Positions 6,659 to 13,688 of a stretch of DNA of 25,752 nt are shown here, piece after piece. The notes under the pieces were generated by a model that searched no databases, had not been told where the DNA came from, and saw only the letters and a program-made list of their open reading frames with translations. Origin of the DNA: a virus (taxonomy: Duplodnaviria > Caudoviricetes); the IMG/VR virus record IMGVR_UViG_3300031608_000040, positions 1 through 25,752 of that record, one strand, 5' to 3'. The stretch's first letter is position 1. Each line of letters starts with the position of its first letter. The position numbers were made by a program, and so were the translations under genes.

Positions 6659-7293
6659 TTTATCTCTCCTATCAAAAGTCAGTTGTAGTTGATCTCAAAG
6701 GTAAAGGTTGGGATGATGATACTATTATGAAGTTTCTTGACTATGTAAATAAGAAAGAAACTTTGATTAAAACTGGTCGTAAGAACGGTAAATATTCTCG
6801 TGACTCAGACAAATCAAAAGTTTATAGTGCCGAGTTTAAGTACGAACGTACTTATGGTCAGGGTAAAAAGTTTAAAAATCTTGAAGAAGCTCAAAAATAT
6901 TGTGACAAAGTTTTAGCTTCAAAGACTTGGAAAAAAATATCAACTGCCGGTGTAAGAAATATTGCTTTGGCTGAAATGTCTGGTAGCAGAACAGCTGGTC
7001 GGGCATGGGATCATAATATCGATCTTAATCGTAGAAGCGGTTTAAATCAATATGTTCTTCTTCATGAGATGGCTCATAGCGCAGGCAATATGCACCATGA
7101 TGTACGCTTTCGTATTACTCTTCTTAAATTGGTTTCTCGTTTTATGAGTAGCGAAAATGCAAACTATCTCAAAGGTTGCTTCAAAGCAAAGAAGTTGAAA
7201 GTTACCGAGTCATCGAATATCAAATCTCCAGAAGTCTGGAAAAAAGGATACGACAGATTAGCAGCTGCTCGTAAAGAAAGAATGCCATCATGA
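6655..7293 (+). CDS. HEXXH zinc metallohydrolase (Rv0185/TIGR04338-like)
   Basis: RDSDKSKVYSAE motif and LLHEMAH....HHD..F. Confidence 0.75.
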   Translation: MIYLSYQKSVVVDLKGKGWDDDTIMKFLDYVNKKETLIKTGRKNGKYSRDSDKSKVYSAEFKYERTYGQGKKFKNLEEAQKYCDKVLASKTWKKISTAGVRNIALAEMSGSRTAGRAWDHNIDLNRRSGLNQYVLLHEMAHSAGNMHHDVRFRITLLKLVSRFMSSENANYLKGCFKAKKLKVTESSNIKSPEVWKKGYDRLAAARKERMPS

Positions 7294-7499
7294 AAATATG
7301 TCAGCCAGCCTTATATGATTATCACGATTTAGAATTTATTTCTAAGCTGGTATCAAAACGGTTGGCTGACAACATTGATGACAAATTGATTATTGAAGAA
7401 GTAAAGAACAAAGTAGGATCAACCTACATGGAATATACAATGAAACAAATTGAGGCACAAAAATGTTTGAACACGCAATCCTTGAAGCCATCTTCTTAG
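7290..7499 (+). CDS. hypothetical protein, 69 aa
   Basis: ATGA coupling. Confidence 0.55.
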   Translation: MKICQPALYDYHDLEFISKLVSKRLADNIDDKLIIEEVKNKVGSTYMEYTMKQIEAQKCLNTQSLKPSS

Positions 7500-7538
7500 C
7501 ATGTCTTCTTATAGCAACGTTAACATAGGAGAAATATA

Positions 7539-7745
7539 ATGGCATACACTAAACGTCATGGCGGGGCTTATGATAGAGGATCGGCTGATAGCTGGTATCG
7601 CCGTAATCCAGAACCGCACTATTGGACTGGTGGATCTTATCAGGGTATTCATATCACTGAAGATCGAATGACGAAAGAAGAAGTAAACGACTATTGGGCT
7701 GGATTTGATGAAAACGAATCTTCTGGTTGTCACAAAGAGTGGTAA
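7539..7745 (+). CDS. small hypothetical phage protein
   Basis: AGGAG RBS; RHGGAYDRGSADSWY.R..EPHY motif recalled from marine T4-like phages. Confidence 0.8.
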   Translation: MAYTKRHGGAYDRGSADSWYRRNPEPHYWTGGSYQGIHITEDRMTKEEVNDYWAGFDENESSGCHKEW

Positions 7746-7749
7746 TACT

Positions 7750-7844
7750 GCTGTAACATTTTTATCACACTTCTATCTAATATTAAATTAATGCGCTTTA
7801 CGGCGCATTTTTTGTTGTACATTCCATTAAAAACATTGTACAAA
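7750..7844 (+). repeat. regulatory cassette copy 2: palindrome + terminator hairpin + early promoter
   Basis: TGTAAC-N6-ATCACA (7752-7769); AATGCGC/GCGCATT hairpin with T tract (7790-7813); TGTACA-17-TACAAA (7816-7844). Confidence 0.85.
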
Positions 7845-7867
7845 GGTATTATCAAATGGAGATAAAC

Positions 7868-8080
7868 ATGACATACTCAATTTTAAATCAAAACCAAACT
7901 TCACTTTCCGACTTCGATACCATTCCTCAAATCATCTCTCATATCAAATCACTAAATCTTCCATCATCCGAACAATATATGATTTTTCCATCACATAATC
8001 AAATAACTTCTACATTCTTTCTCTTAACACTAAAACAACTTATTAAAACATTCAAAAATACTCCACACGAATTTAATTAA
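7868..8080 (+). CDS. guanine-depleted hypothetical protein, 70 aa
   Basis: GGAGA RBS 7858-7862 favours ATG 7868 over 7856; first gene after cassette 2. Confidence 0.6.
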   Translation: MTYSILNQNQTSLSDFDTIPQIISHIKSLNLPSSEQYMIFPSHNQITSTFFLLTLKQLIKTFKNTPHEFN

Positions 8081-8086
8081 AAATAT

Positions 8087-8133
8087 TATAATATATCGAC
8101 GATAACACACAATATTATCGTCGATATATTATA
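8087..8133. repeat. perfect 19-bp inverted repeat with 9-nt loop
   Basis: TATAATATATCGACGATAA / TTATCGTCGATATATTATA, intergenic. Confidence 0.95.
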
Positions 8134-8156
8134 CAACGAAACAAAGGAGAAACTAA

Positions 8157-8357
8157 ATGAAATCTTTTACTTTTCAACCTAATCCAACCTTTCAATTTTC
8201 ACTTCTTCCTATCTTCACTGATGGATTAGAAGTTAACTACACAATCAATCCTGATAACACTGTTACTTTTTCTTCAAACAATGAGGATGCCCTTCAAGAA
8301 TGCTGGGAACAACTATACGACGATCCTTACGATCCTTTTGACCTTATCGAGGTATAA
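8157..8357 (+). CDS. acidic hypothetical protein, 66 aa
   Basis: AAGGAG RBS. Confidence 0.75.
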   Translation: MKSFTFQPNPTFQFSLLPIFTDGLEVNYTINPDNTVTFSSNNEDALQECWEQLYDDPYDPFDLIEV

Positions 8358-8361
8358 TAAT

Positions 8362-8757
8362 ATGATTCTTGATACAATCAATCTTCCAAAAAAGATTAAA
8401 CCAGAAATGATTGACTCAATTGTTAATCATGCGAACGAGGTTCTCGATCTTTCAGATCTTGATGAACTAGTAATTCGTTTTAAAGCACAGAATGATGCTT
8501 GTGGCTACTTCGATGGATTTGATGATGACTCTACTGCTGGTATTGAAGTCAACACAAAAAATACTATCGATGAGATTGTTACTACAATATTTCACGAGCT
8601 GGTACACGTACAGCAAGTTCTTCACGGAGTCTTTGATGACTTTGAAAAAACTTGGAATGGAGAGTCATTCGGACATCTCGATTACAATGATCGTCCATGG
8701 GAAATAGATGCATTTAAAAAAGAAAAAGAGCTTTTTTATTCCTGGAACCGCATTTAA
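8362..8757 (+). CDS. HEXXH zincin-like metallopeptidase
   Basis: TIFHELVHVQQ and Y.DRPWEIDA motifs; GAGG RBS favours start 8362 over 8281. Confidence 0.8.
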   Translation: MILDTINLPKKIKPEMIDSIVNHANEVLDLSDLDELVIRFKAQNDACGYFDGFDDDSTAGIEVNTKNTIDEIVTTIFHELVHVQQVLHGVFDDFEKTWNGESFGHLDYNDRPWEIDAFKKEKELFYSWNRI

Positions 8758-8760
8758 CTG

Positions 8761-8789
8761 TGTACATCCCCTTAAAACTATGGTAATAT
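8761..8789 (+). promoter_or_regulatory. early-type sigma70 promoter
   Basis: TGTACA-17-TAATAT with TG extension. Confidence 0.8.
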
Positions 8790-8814
8790 GACCTTAAATC
8801 AAATGGAGAATATC

Positions 8815-9105
8815 ATGATTGCAACAAATATGGCAGACCGTCTTGCAATGATCGCCGCGATTGCTGAAAAGCGTAAGAATGAAAATGCTCGTAAAAATCG
8901 GCTTTCAGTCATTCGCAAAAACACTGCAAAGGTTCAGGTCGTAGCTCGTAAAAAGCGTACAGCTGAAGATAAAAAGCTTGCAGATTTCACTGGCGGTCAG
9001 GAAAATATTAATCACTATACTGACGCATCTAAGTATGCTAAAACATATTATGGTGAAACTCTTCACGAGACAACTCGTCATGACACAGATTGGGGTAACT
9101 ACTAA
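8815..9105 (+). CDS. basic hypothetical protein
   Basis: GGAG RBS; ORF-track start 8788 falls inside the promoter, so 8815 is preferred. Confidence 0.75.
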   Translation: MIATNMADRLAMIAAIAEKRKNENARKNRLSVIRKNTAKVQVVARKKRTAEDKKLADFTGGQENINHYTDASKYAKTYYGETLHETTRHDTDWGNY

Positions 9106-9206
9106 TGTTAGAACTATTGGCAATGGTGATAGTAATCGGTTTAGCTGTTCCTTTGCTTGGGATCTTATATATGTTTTATGATATGTTTTTAGGGAGTAAC
9201 AAATAA
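9105..9206 (+). CDS. 33-aa single-TM peptide (not in ORF track)
   Basis: MLELLAMVIVIGLAVPLLGILYMFYDMFLGSNK; TAATG coupling at both ends. Confidence 0.65.
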   Translation: MLELLAMVIVIGLAVPLLGILYMFYDMFLGSNK

Positions 9207-9364
9207 TGGAAGTTGTCACAATTATCAACCTTTTCGTAGGTATTTTTTGCCTTCGCGCTTACTTAAAAAGCGATTCACATGAAGATCCATTCATTATTAC
9301 TTATGCATATCTGGCGATGTCAGCAGCAAATTTAGGAATGGTTCTCTATAAACTACCTATCTAA
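9206..9364 (+). CDS. 52-aa membrane protein (not in ORF track)
   Basis: GGGAG RBS; two hydrophobic segments. Confidence 0.65.
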   Translation: MEVVTIINLFVGIFCLRAYLKSDSHEDPFIITYAYLAMSAANLGMVLYKLPI

Positions 9365-9374
9365 GGATATAATC

Positions 9375-9893
9375 ATGGAAGATTGCAAAACATTCGCAAA
9401 AGCATTTTCATTTGCAGAACGTGCTCACGCTAATCAAAAACGTAAGTATACAGATGAGAAATATTTTTCGCATTGTGTAGCAGTTTCTGATATGATCGAA
9501 GAGTACTTGGATACACACGTGGTTGATGTCTCAACCACTGTGGCGATGTCTGTGGCTGTGCTGCACGATGTTGTTGAAGATACGTCATTTGATCACATGG
9601 ACATCAGAGAGCGGTTTTCAGATGAGATTGCAATGGGTGTATGGTTTCTTACCGATACTGAATCGTTTGTTGGCAATCGTAAACTTCGGAAAAAGCTTGA
9701 TCGTGATCGTTTAGCAAATGCACCAGAGTGGGTAAGATTGATCAAGAAATTTGATATCGAGCATAATGCTAAAAGTATCAAAAAGCACGATCCTAAGTTT
9801 TTGAAAATCTTTCAACAAGAAACCGATGAGTTGCTTGAAGCTATGAACATGCATGATGGCATTTTAAAGGAGAAAATTAATGGATCAGCCTAA
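9375..9893 (+). CDS. HD-domain (p)ppGpp hydrolase-like protein (Mesh1/small alarmone hydrolase)
   Basis: A..FA..AH..QKRK....Y..H...V and AVLHDVVEDT motifs; no synthetase domain. Confidence 0.88.
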   Translation: MEDCKTFAKAFSFAERAHANQKRKYTDEKYFSHCVAVSDMIEEYLDTHVVDVSTTVAMSVAVLHDVVEDTSFDHMDIRERFSDEIAMGVWFLTDTESFVGNRKLRKKLDRDRLANAPEWVRLIKKFDIEHNAKSIKKHDPKFLKIFQQETDELLEAMNMHDGILKEKINGSA

Positions 9894-10251
9894 TACACAC
9901 GGGTTTGAAATGGAGGAAAATGAACATGCGGGGGTAAAGCGAGTATATAGCGATATTAAGCCTCGCCCAGAACTTTCTGATATTGTTCGATCACTTAGAA
10001 ACCAAGCTGGGGAGGAATGGAAATCACAATGCACTGATCACTGGGCGTGGAAAGCCGCAGATCATATTATTCAATTAGAGCGGACAGCAAAAGGTGAGAA
10101 TGAAATTAAAGATATTATGTGGAAGTCTATGGATCGAAAAGACATGCAAATCACTGACTTAGAAGCAGATAATGAATTCTTAAAAGGACTTATTAACAAG
10201 TATCATTTAGAAAATGATGCATTTACCGGAAAGGGTAATATCGATGACTGA
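9880..10251 (+). CDS. hypothetical protein, 123 aa, C-terminal coiled coil
   Basis: AAGGAG RBS. Confidence 0.7.
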   Translation: MDQPNTHGFEMEENEHAGVKRVYSDIKPRPELSDIVRSLRNQAGEEWKSQCTDHWAWKAADHIIQLERTAKGENEIKDIMWKSMDRKDMQITDLEADNEFLKGLINKYHLENDAFTGKGNIDD

Positions 10252-10555
10252 AGTAGTAAATGAAACCGCTAACAGTGACTCCCGTGATAAGTTTATGGGA
10301 ATGCTTACGTCTGGCGTATGTGAAGTAACCTTTACAAAGCTAAATGGTGATAAACGAGTTATGACTTGTACTTTGCTAGAAGGTATGATTCCATCGGCTG
10401 AAAAAGATGAACCTATTAGTCAAAAGAAAGTTCGTGCTGTAAATCCTGAAGTCATTCCATGTTGGGATACAAAGGCAGAAGGCTGGCGGTCTTTTCGTGT
10501 TGATAGCGTACAGGAATGTAAATACGTTTATCGCCAAAAAGTTTATTCTGCCTAG
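10244..10555 (+). CDS. WYL_2/DUF2693-like SH3-fold protein
   Basis: VTFTK.NG..R.M.CTL and WD....GWRSFRVD motifs; start 10244 preferred. Confidence 0.8.
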   Translation: MTEVVNETANSDSRDKFMGMLTSGVCEVTFTKLNGDKRVMTCTLLEGMIPSAEKDEPISQKKVRAVNPEVIPCWDTKAEGWRSFRVDSVQECKYVYRQKVYSA

Positions 10556-10568
10556 CCGAATTTAACTA

Positions 10569-10597
10569 TGTACATCGCTTTAAAATTATGGTAAAAT
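10569..10597 (+). promoter_or_regulatory. early-type sigma70 promoter
   Basis: TGTACA-17-TAAAAT with TG extension; similar to the 8761 promoter. Confidence 0.8.
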
Positions 10598-10622
10598 GCT
10601 ATTGACGAACAGGAGATATACT

Positions 10623-10955
10623 ATGTCTATGCATATGATTCAAGGTGTACAAGTACACGGCAAATCTAAAATCAAAAAGAAGCCGGGTTGGAAAGAGAGG
10701 GAAGCTGAACATCAAGCTTTCCTCAAGCGGATGGGTGTGAAAGGCACTAAGCAAGACTATCGTCATGAACGACCTAAATTTAAAGTTTCGAGAGATCAGC
10801 TATCAAATAGTATTGATAATGGTACACTAAAAGAAACGAATAAATATACAGGTAATGAGATCGCCGGCATTGTAGTAACACATAAAAGTAATCTTATGCC
10901 AATTCGTAAAGACAATAAACAAGGTATGATCGATGCAGCGAATATGCGTAGATGA
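10623..10955 (+). CDS. basic hypothetical protein of a type recalled from T4-like phages
   Basis: AGGAG RBS; C-terminal YTG..I.GI...HKSN..PI.....A..MRR motif. Confidence 0.8.
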   Translation: MSMHMIQGVQVHGKSKIKKKPGWKEREAEHQAFLKRMGVKGTKQDYRHERPKFKVSRDQLSNSIDNGTLKETNKYTGNEIAGIVVTHKSNLMPIRKDNKQGMIDAANMRR

Positions 10956-11239
10956 TTTTAGATAAACACGTTATTAAAGTGATCAGTAATAATGTACATA
11001 TGACGGTGCCGTATTATCTTATGGCATCGTATGCTTATTATGAAAAAGATGATCCAATATTATCTGATGATTTTTATGATAAATTAGCAAAGAAAATTTT
11101 AAATCAATGGGACGATATTGAACATTACCATAAGCATTTACTAAGCAAGGAGGTCTTAGAAGCAGGTAGTTATATTGGAAAATATCCAACTATAGTATCA
11201 GAGGCCCTTAAGAGCTTAAGAAAGAATGTCAAGAAATGA
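10952..11239 (+). CDS. stand-alone NAD-dependent DNA ligase domain Ia-like protein
   Basis: AYYEKDDPILSDDFYDKL matches the LigA Ia motif YY..D.P.ISD.EYD.L; only 95 aa. Confidence 0.7.
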   Translation: MILDKHVIKVISNNVHMTVPYYLMASYAYYEKDDPILSDDFYDKLAKKILNQWDDIEHYHKHLLSKEVLEAGSYIGKYPTIVSEALKSLRKNVKK

Positions 11240-11463
11240 TTACAGTTGAACATAAATATGATCATAGTATTATTACCATTTTAGATAATAATGGAAAAAC
11301 CGATGATGTTGAAATTATAGTTGATGAAGAACTCTGCTATATTCGTCAATACAGTGATGACGATGATTTTAATATTGTGGTAATATCACCTTACATGTTA
11401 AAAGAACTAATAGCAGCATATGATATGGCTGAAGGATCATATGTTACTGCAGGTAAATCATAA
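11236..11463 (+). CDS. acidic hypothetical protein, 75 aa
   Basis: ATGA coupling. Confidence 0.7.
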   Translation: MITVEHKYDHSIITILDNNGKTDDVEIIVDEELCYIRQYSDDDDFNIVVISPYMLKELIAAYDMAEGSYVTAGKS

Positions 11464-11492
11464 TAAAAAATAAGAAAATATGCATTTAAGGG

Positions 11493-11521
11493 TTTACAAT
11501 CACTCTTGGTTGTGTTAGAAT
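11493..11521 (+). promoter_or_regulatory. early-type sigma70 promoter
   Basis: (G)TTTACA-17-TAGAAT with TG extension; GTTTAC is the T4 early -35. Confidence 0.8.
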
Positions 11522-11544
11522 AGTCACATGTTAAGGAGACATCT

Positions 11545-11763
11545 ATGTTAGAATTCGGTTTTTTAATAAGTGCAATTATTTGTACTTCTTACGTTTTAGG
11601 CCGTAGAAATGCTAAAGAAGAAAGTGTTGAAGGTATAGTTGATCTTGTAATCACTAAGTTGTGTCATGAAGGCTACATTCATTATGAAGAAATGGATGAT
11701 GGCGACTATGACTTAATTAAAATAAAGGATGTAGATAATGGTAGCTCGCAAGACAGCGCGTAA
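11545..11763 (+). CDS. small protein with N-terminal TM helix
   Basis: AAGGAG RBS; hydrophobic first 19 aa. Confidence 0.75.
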   Translation: MLEFGFLISAIICTSYVLGRRNAKEESVEGIVDLVITKLCHEGYIHYEEMDDGDYDLIKIKDVDNGSSQDSA

Positions 11764-12865
11764 AGTTAAAGTCAAGGCAACGTTTTCTCGGCGTGCACGA
11801 ACTGGTTTTGCTGCTGCGCCACAAGATAACTTTCGTGATTTCAACGATTACGTTCGCACAGAAGCTGACAAGAAGGACGTCATCAGTAAGATCAAATCTT
11901 ACATTAAAACCGTACTTCCTAAAGCTGATGCACGTATCGCTATGGACGCGCCTGAGTGGTCCTTTGCGGGTCTACCTTTGTTGGCATCTACTATTGTATG
12001 GAAAGAAATGGATCGCGAGTTTCCAGTCTGGTGGGATGCTGAGAAGGTTCTTAAAAAGCACGTTAATGAATTGCTATCCCGCGGTAGAGCCAAACAAGCT
12101 GAAAAGTCTAATAAGCCAGAAGAAGCTGGTCTAGTAAAGAAAACAATTCAAGAAATTATTCAAGAACGTACTTCTGATTTTATCGCTAGTGTTGATAATA
12201 TCGTAGATAGTTGGGAAACTGCCGGCGACTATTCAGTCTATGATGAATTAAAGAAAATCGACGCACCATACAATATGGCTAAGACTGCTTTCGCATATTA
12301 TACACCCCAGATGAATGAAATCAATGAGCTTGTCAATGATAAGCCTGAAGATCTTCTTGAGGCATATTCAAACTGGTCAACATCACGTCGTAAAAAATAT
12401 CTAAAATTTCTCACCGAACTCTGCGCTGAGATCGAAAAGTATATGGCTTCAAAAAAAGCATTACGCGCTACTCGTAAGCCTAAAGTTAAAACTGCAGACA
12501 AACAAGTTGAGAAGCTCAAGTTTTTAAAAGAGTCAAAAGAATATAAGCTTACATCTATTACACCTACGTCTATTATTGGCGCTATGCGAATCTATACATT
12601 TAATGTAAAGTATAGAGAAATAACTGAGTATGTTTGTGAGAAGGCAATTGGCTTTGAAGTCAAAGGTACTACTATTGTCGGTCTAGATGCTGACCTATGC
12701 CGAAGCACACGTCTTCGCAAGCCTGATGAATTTATTCCAGCAATCTTGAGTAAGTCGTCAACTCAAATTAATAAAGACTGGTCAAAGCTTACAACTAAGA
12801 CAACAAAAAATGTTAACGGACGTATCAATAAAGATGTCATCATATTAAGAGCTTTGGCTAAGTAG
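11738..12865 (+). CDS. basic hypothetical protein, 375 aa, upstream of gp33
   Basis: Long ORF with AAGGA RBS; no function recognised. Confidence 0.85.
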   Translation: MVARKTARKVKVKATFSRRARTGFAAAPQDNFRDFNDYVRTEADKKDVISKIKSYIKTVLPKADARIAMDAPEWSFAGLPLLASTIVWKEMDREFPVWWDAEKVLKKHVNELLSRGRAKQAEKSNKPEEAGLVKKTIQEIIQERTSDFIASVDNIVDSWETAGDYSVYDELKKIDAPYNMAKTAFAYYTPQMNEINELVNDKPEDLLEAYSNWSTSRRKKYLKFLTELCAEIEKYMASKKALRATRKPKVKTADKQVEKLKFLKESKEYKLTSITPTSIIGAMRIYTFNVKYREITEYVCEKAIGFEVKGTTIVGLDADLCRSTRLRKPDEFIPAILSKSSTQINKDWSKLTTKTTKNVNGRINKDVIILRALAK

Positions 12866-12876
12866 AAAGGAACAAA

Positions 12877-13110
12877 ATGACCGAGGAAATACAATTCATG
12901 AATCGCGCTAAATTTAGCAAGCTTATAGAGTCACAGGTAATTGATAAAAAATTATCGTATATGGATGCTGTAATTGAAACATGTGACATGACAAATATCG
13001 ATCCGCAGGACGTTAAAAAGTTTATATCAAAGGTAATCAAAGAAAAAATCGAAGCAGAAGCAATGAGTCTTAATTATTTACCGAAACAAAACGAATTGTT
13101 ATTTGAATGA
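12877..13110 (+). CDS. gp33: late transcription coactivator gp33
   Basis: FS..IE..V....LSYMDAV...C....IDP..V.K.IS..IKEKIEAEA..LN.L; synteny with gp32. Confidence 0.92.
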   Translation: MTEEIQFMNRAKFSKLIESQVIDKKLSYMDAVIETCDMTNIDPQDVKKFISKVIKEKIEAEAMSLNYLPKQNELLFE

Positions 13111-13283
13111 TACGTTGGTACGATTATATAGCAGTGGCTTTTATGGCAATGTTTATGTTTCCAGGCGCGATGATGATATTACCTCCAATGATTAATTTAA
13201 ATGCTATTATACCTCTCTGTGCTTCTTGGTATGTGTGGATAATGTACTGTGATAAAAGGCAGAGTATGGAAAATGACAGATAA
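13107..13283 (+). CDS. 58-aa membrane protein (not in ORF track)
   Basis: ATGA coupling to gp33; MIRWYDYIAVAFMAMFMFPG... two hydrophobic segments. Confidence 0.65.
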   Translation: MIRWYDYIAVAFMAMFMFPGAMMILPPMINLNAIIPLCASWYVWIMYCDKRQSMENDR

Positions 13284-13413
13284 CGAAATACAAGAATTTA
13301 TTAAAATGTTTAAAGGAGTACTACCAGACCCAGACAACTACCCGGCATCTTTCGATTATTACTATCAACTATATAAACATATAAAACAAACTAAGGAAAA
13401 TAAAAATGCTTGA
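13273..13413 (+). CDS. 46-aa hypothetical protein (not in ORF track)
   Basis: MTDNEIQEFIKMFKGVLPDPDNYPASFDYYYQLYKHIK...; overlaps both neighbours. Confidence 0.6.
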   Translation: MTDNEIQEFIKMFKGVLPDPDNYPASFDYYYQLYKHIKQTKENKNA

Positions 13414-13600
13414 ACTTATTCTGATTTTAGGTCTCTTCACAAACGATAACGCAGAGTTTTTTGAGGCGGACGAAGTTAATGCAGCGGCTGGTTTGAAGTG
13501 GGAATATGTTGGTTCTCAACCTGTTCCTGAAGGCCATGTTGCAATTGCATCAATTAATCCAGACACTGGTAAAGAAACTATTATGTTTATCAGGAAATAA
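13406..13600 (+). CDS. hypothetical protein, 64 aa
   Basis: AAGGA RBS; hydrophobic N-terminus. Confidence 0.7.
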   Translation: MLELILILGLFTNDNAEFFEADEVNAAAGLKWEYVGSQPVPEGHVAIASINPDTGKETIMFIRK

Positions 13601-13613
13601 TGATATATAGTGA

Positions 13614-13642
13614 TGTACAAAGCGTACAATACATTGTATAAT
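13614..13642 (+). promoter_or_regulatory. sigma70-type promoter for gp32
   Basis: TGTACA-17-TATAAT. Confidence 0.8.
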
Positions 13643-13688
13643 AATTCAGTAATATAAAAAATACTTCAGCAAATATAAGGAATATAAT

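Noticed and set aside
6378-7844. Repeats read as a CRISPR array or IS ends
   Set aside because: Only two copies 1.37 kb apart with genes between them; no cas or transposase gene
8281-8361. ORF-track N-terminal extension of the metallopeptidase (likewise starts 7856, 8788, 10214, 10596)
   Set aside because: These starts overlap an upstream gene, RBS or promoter; downstream ATGs fit better
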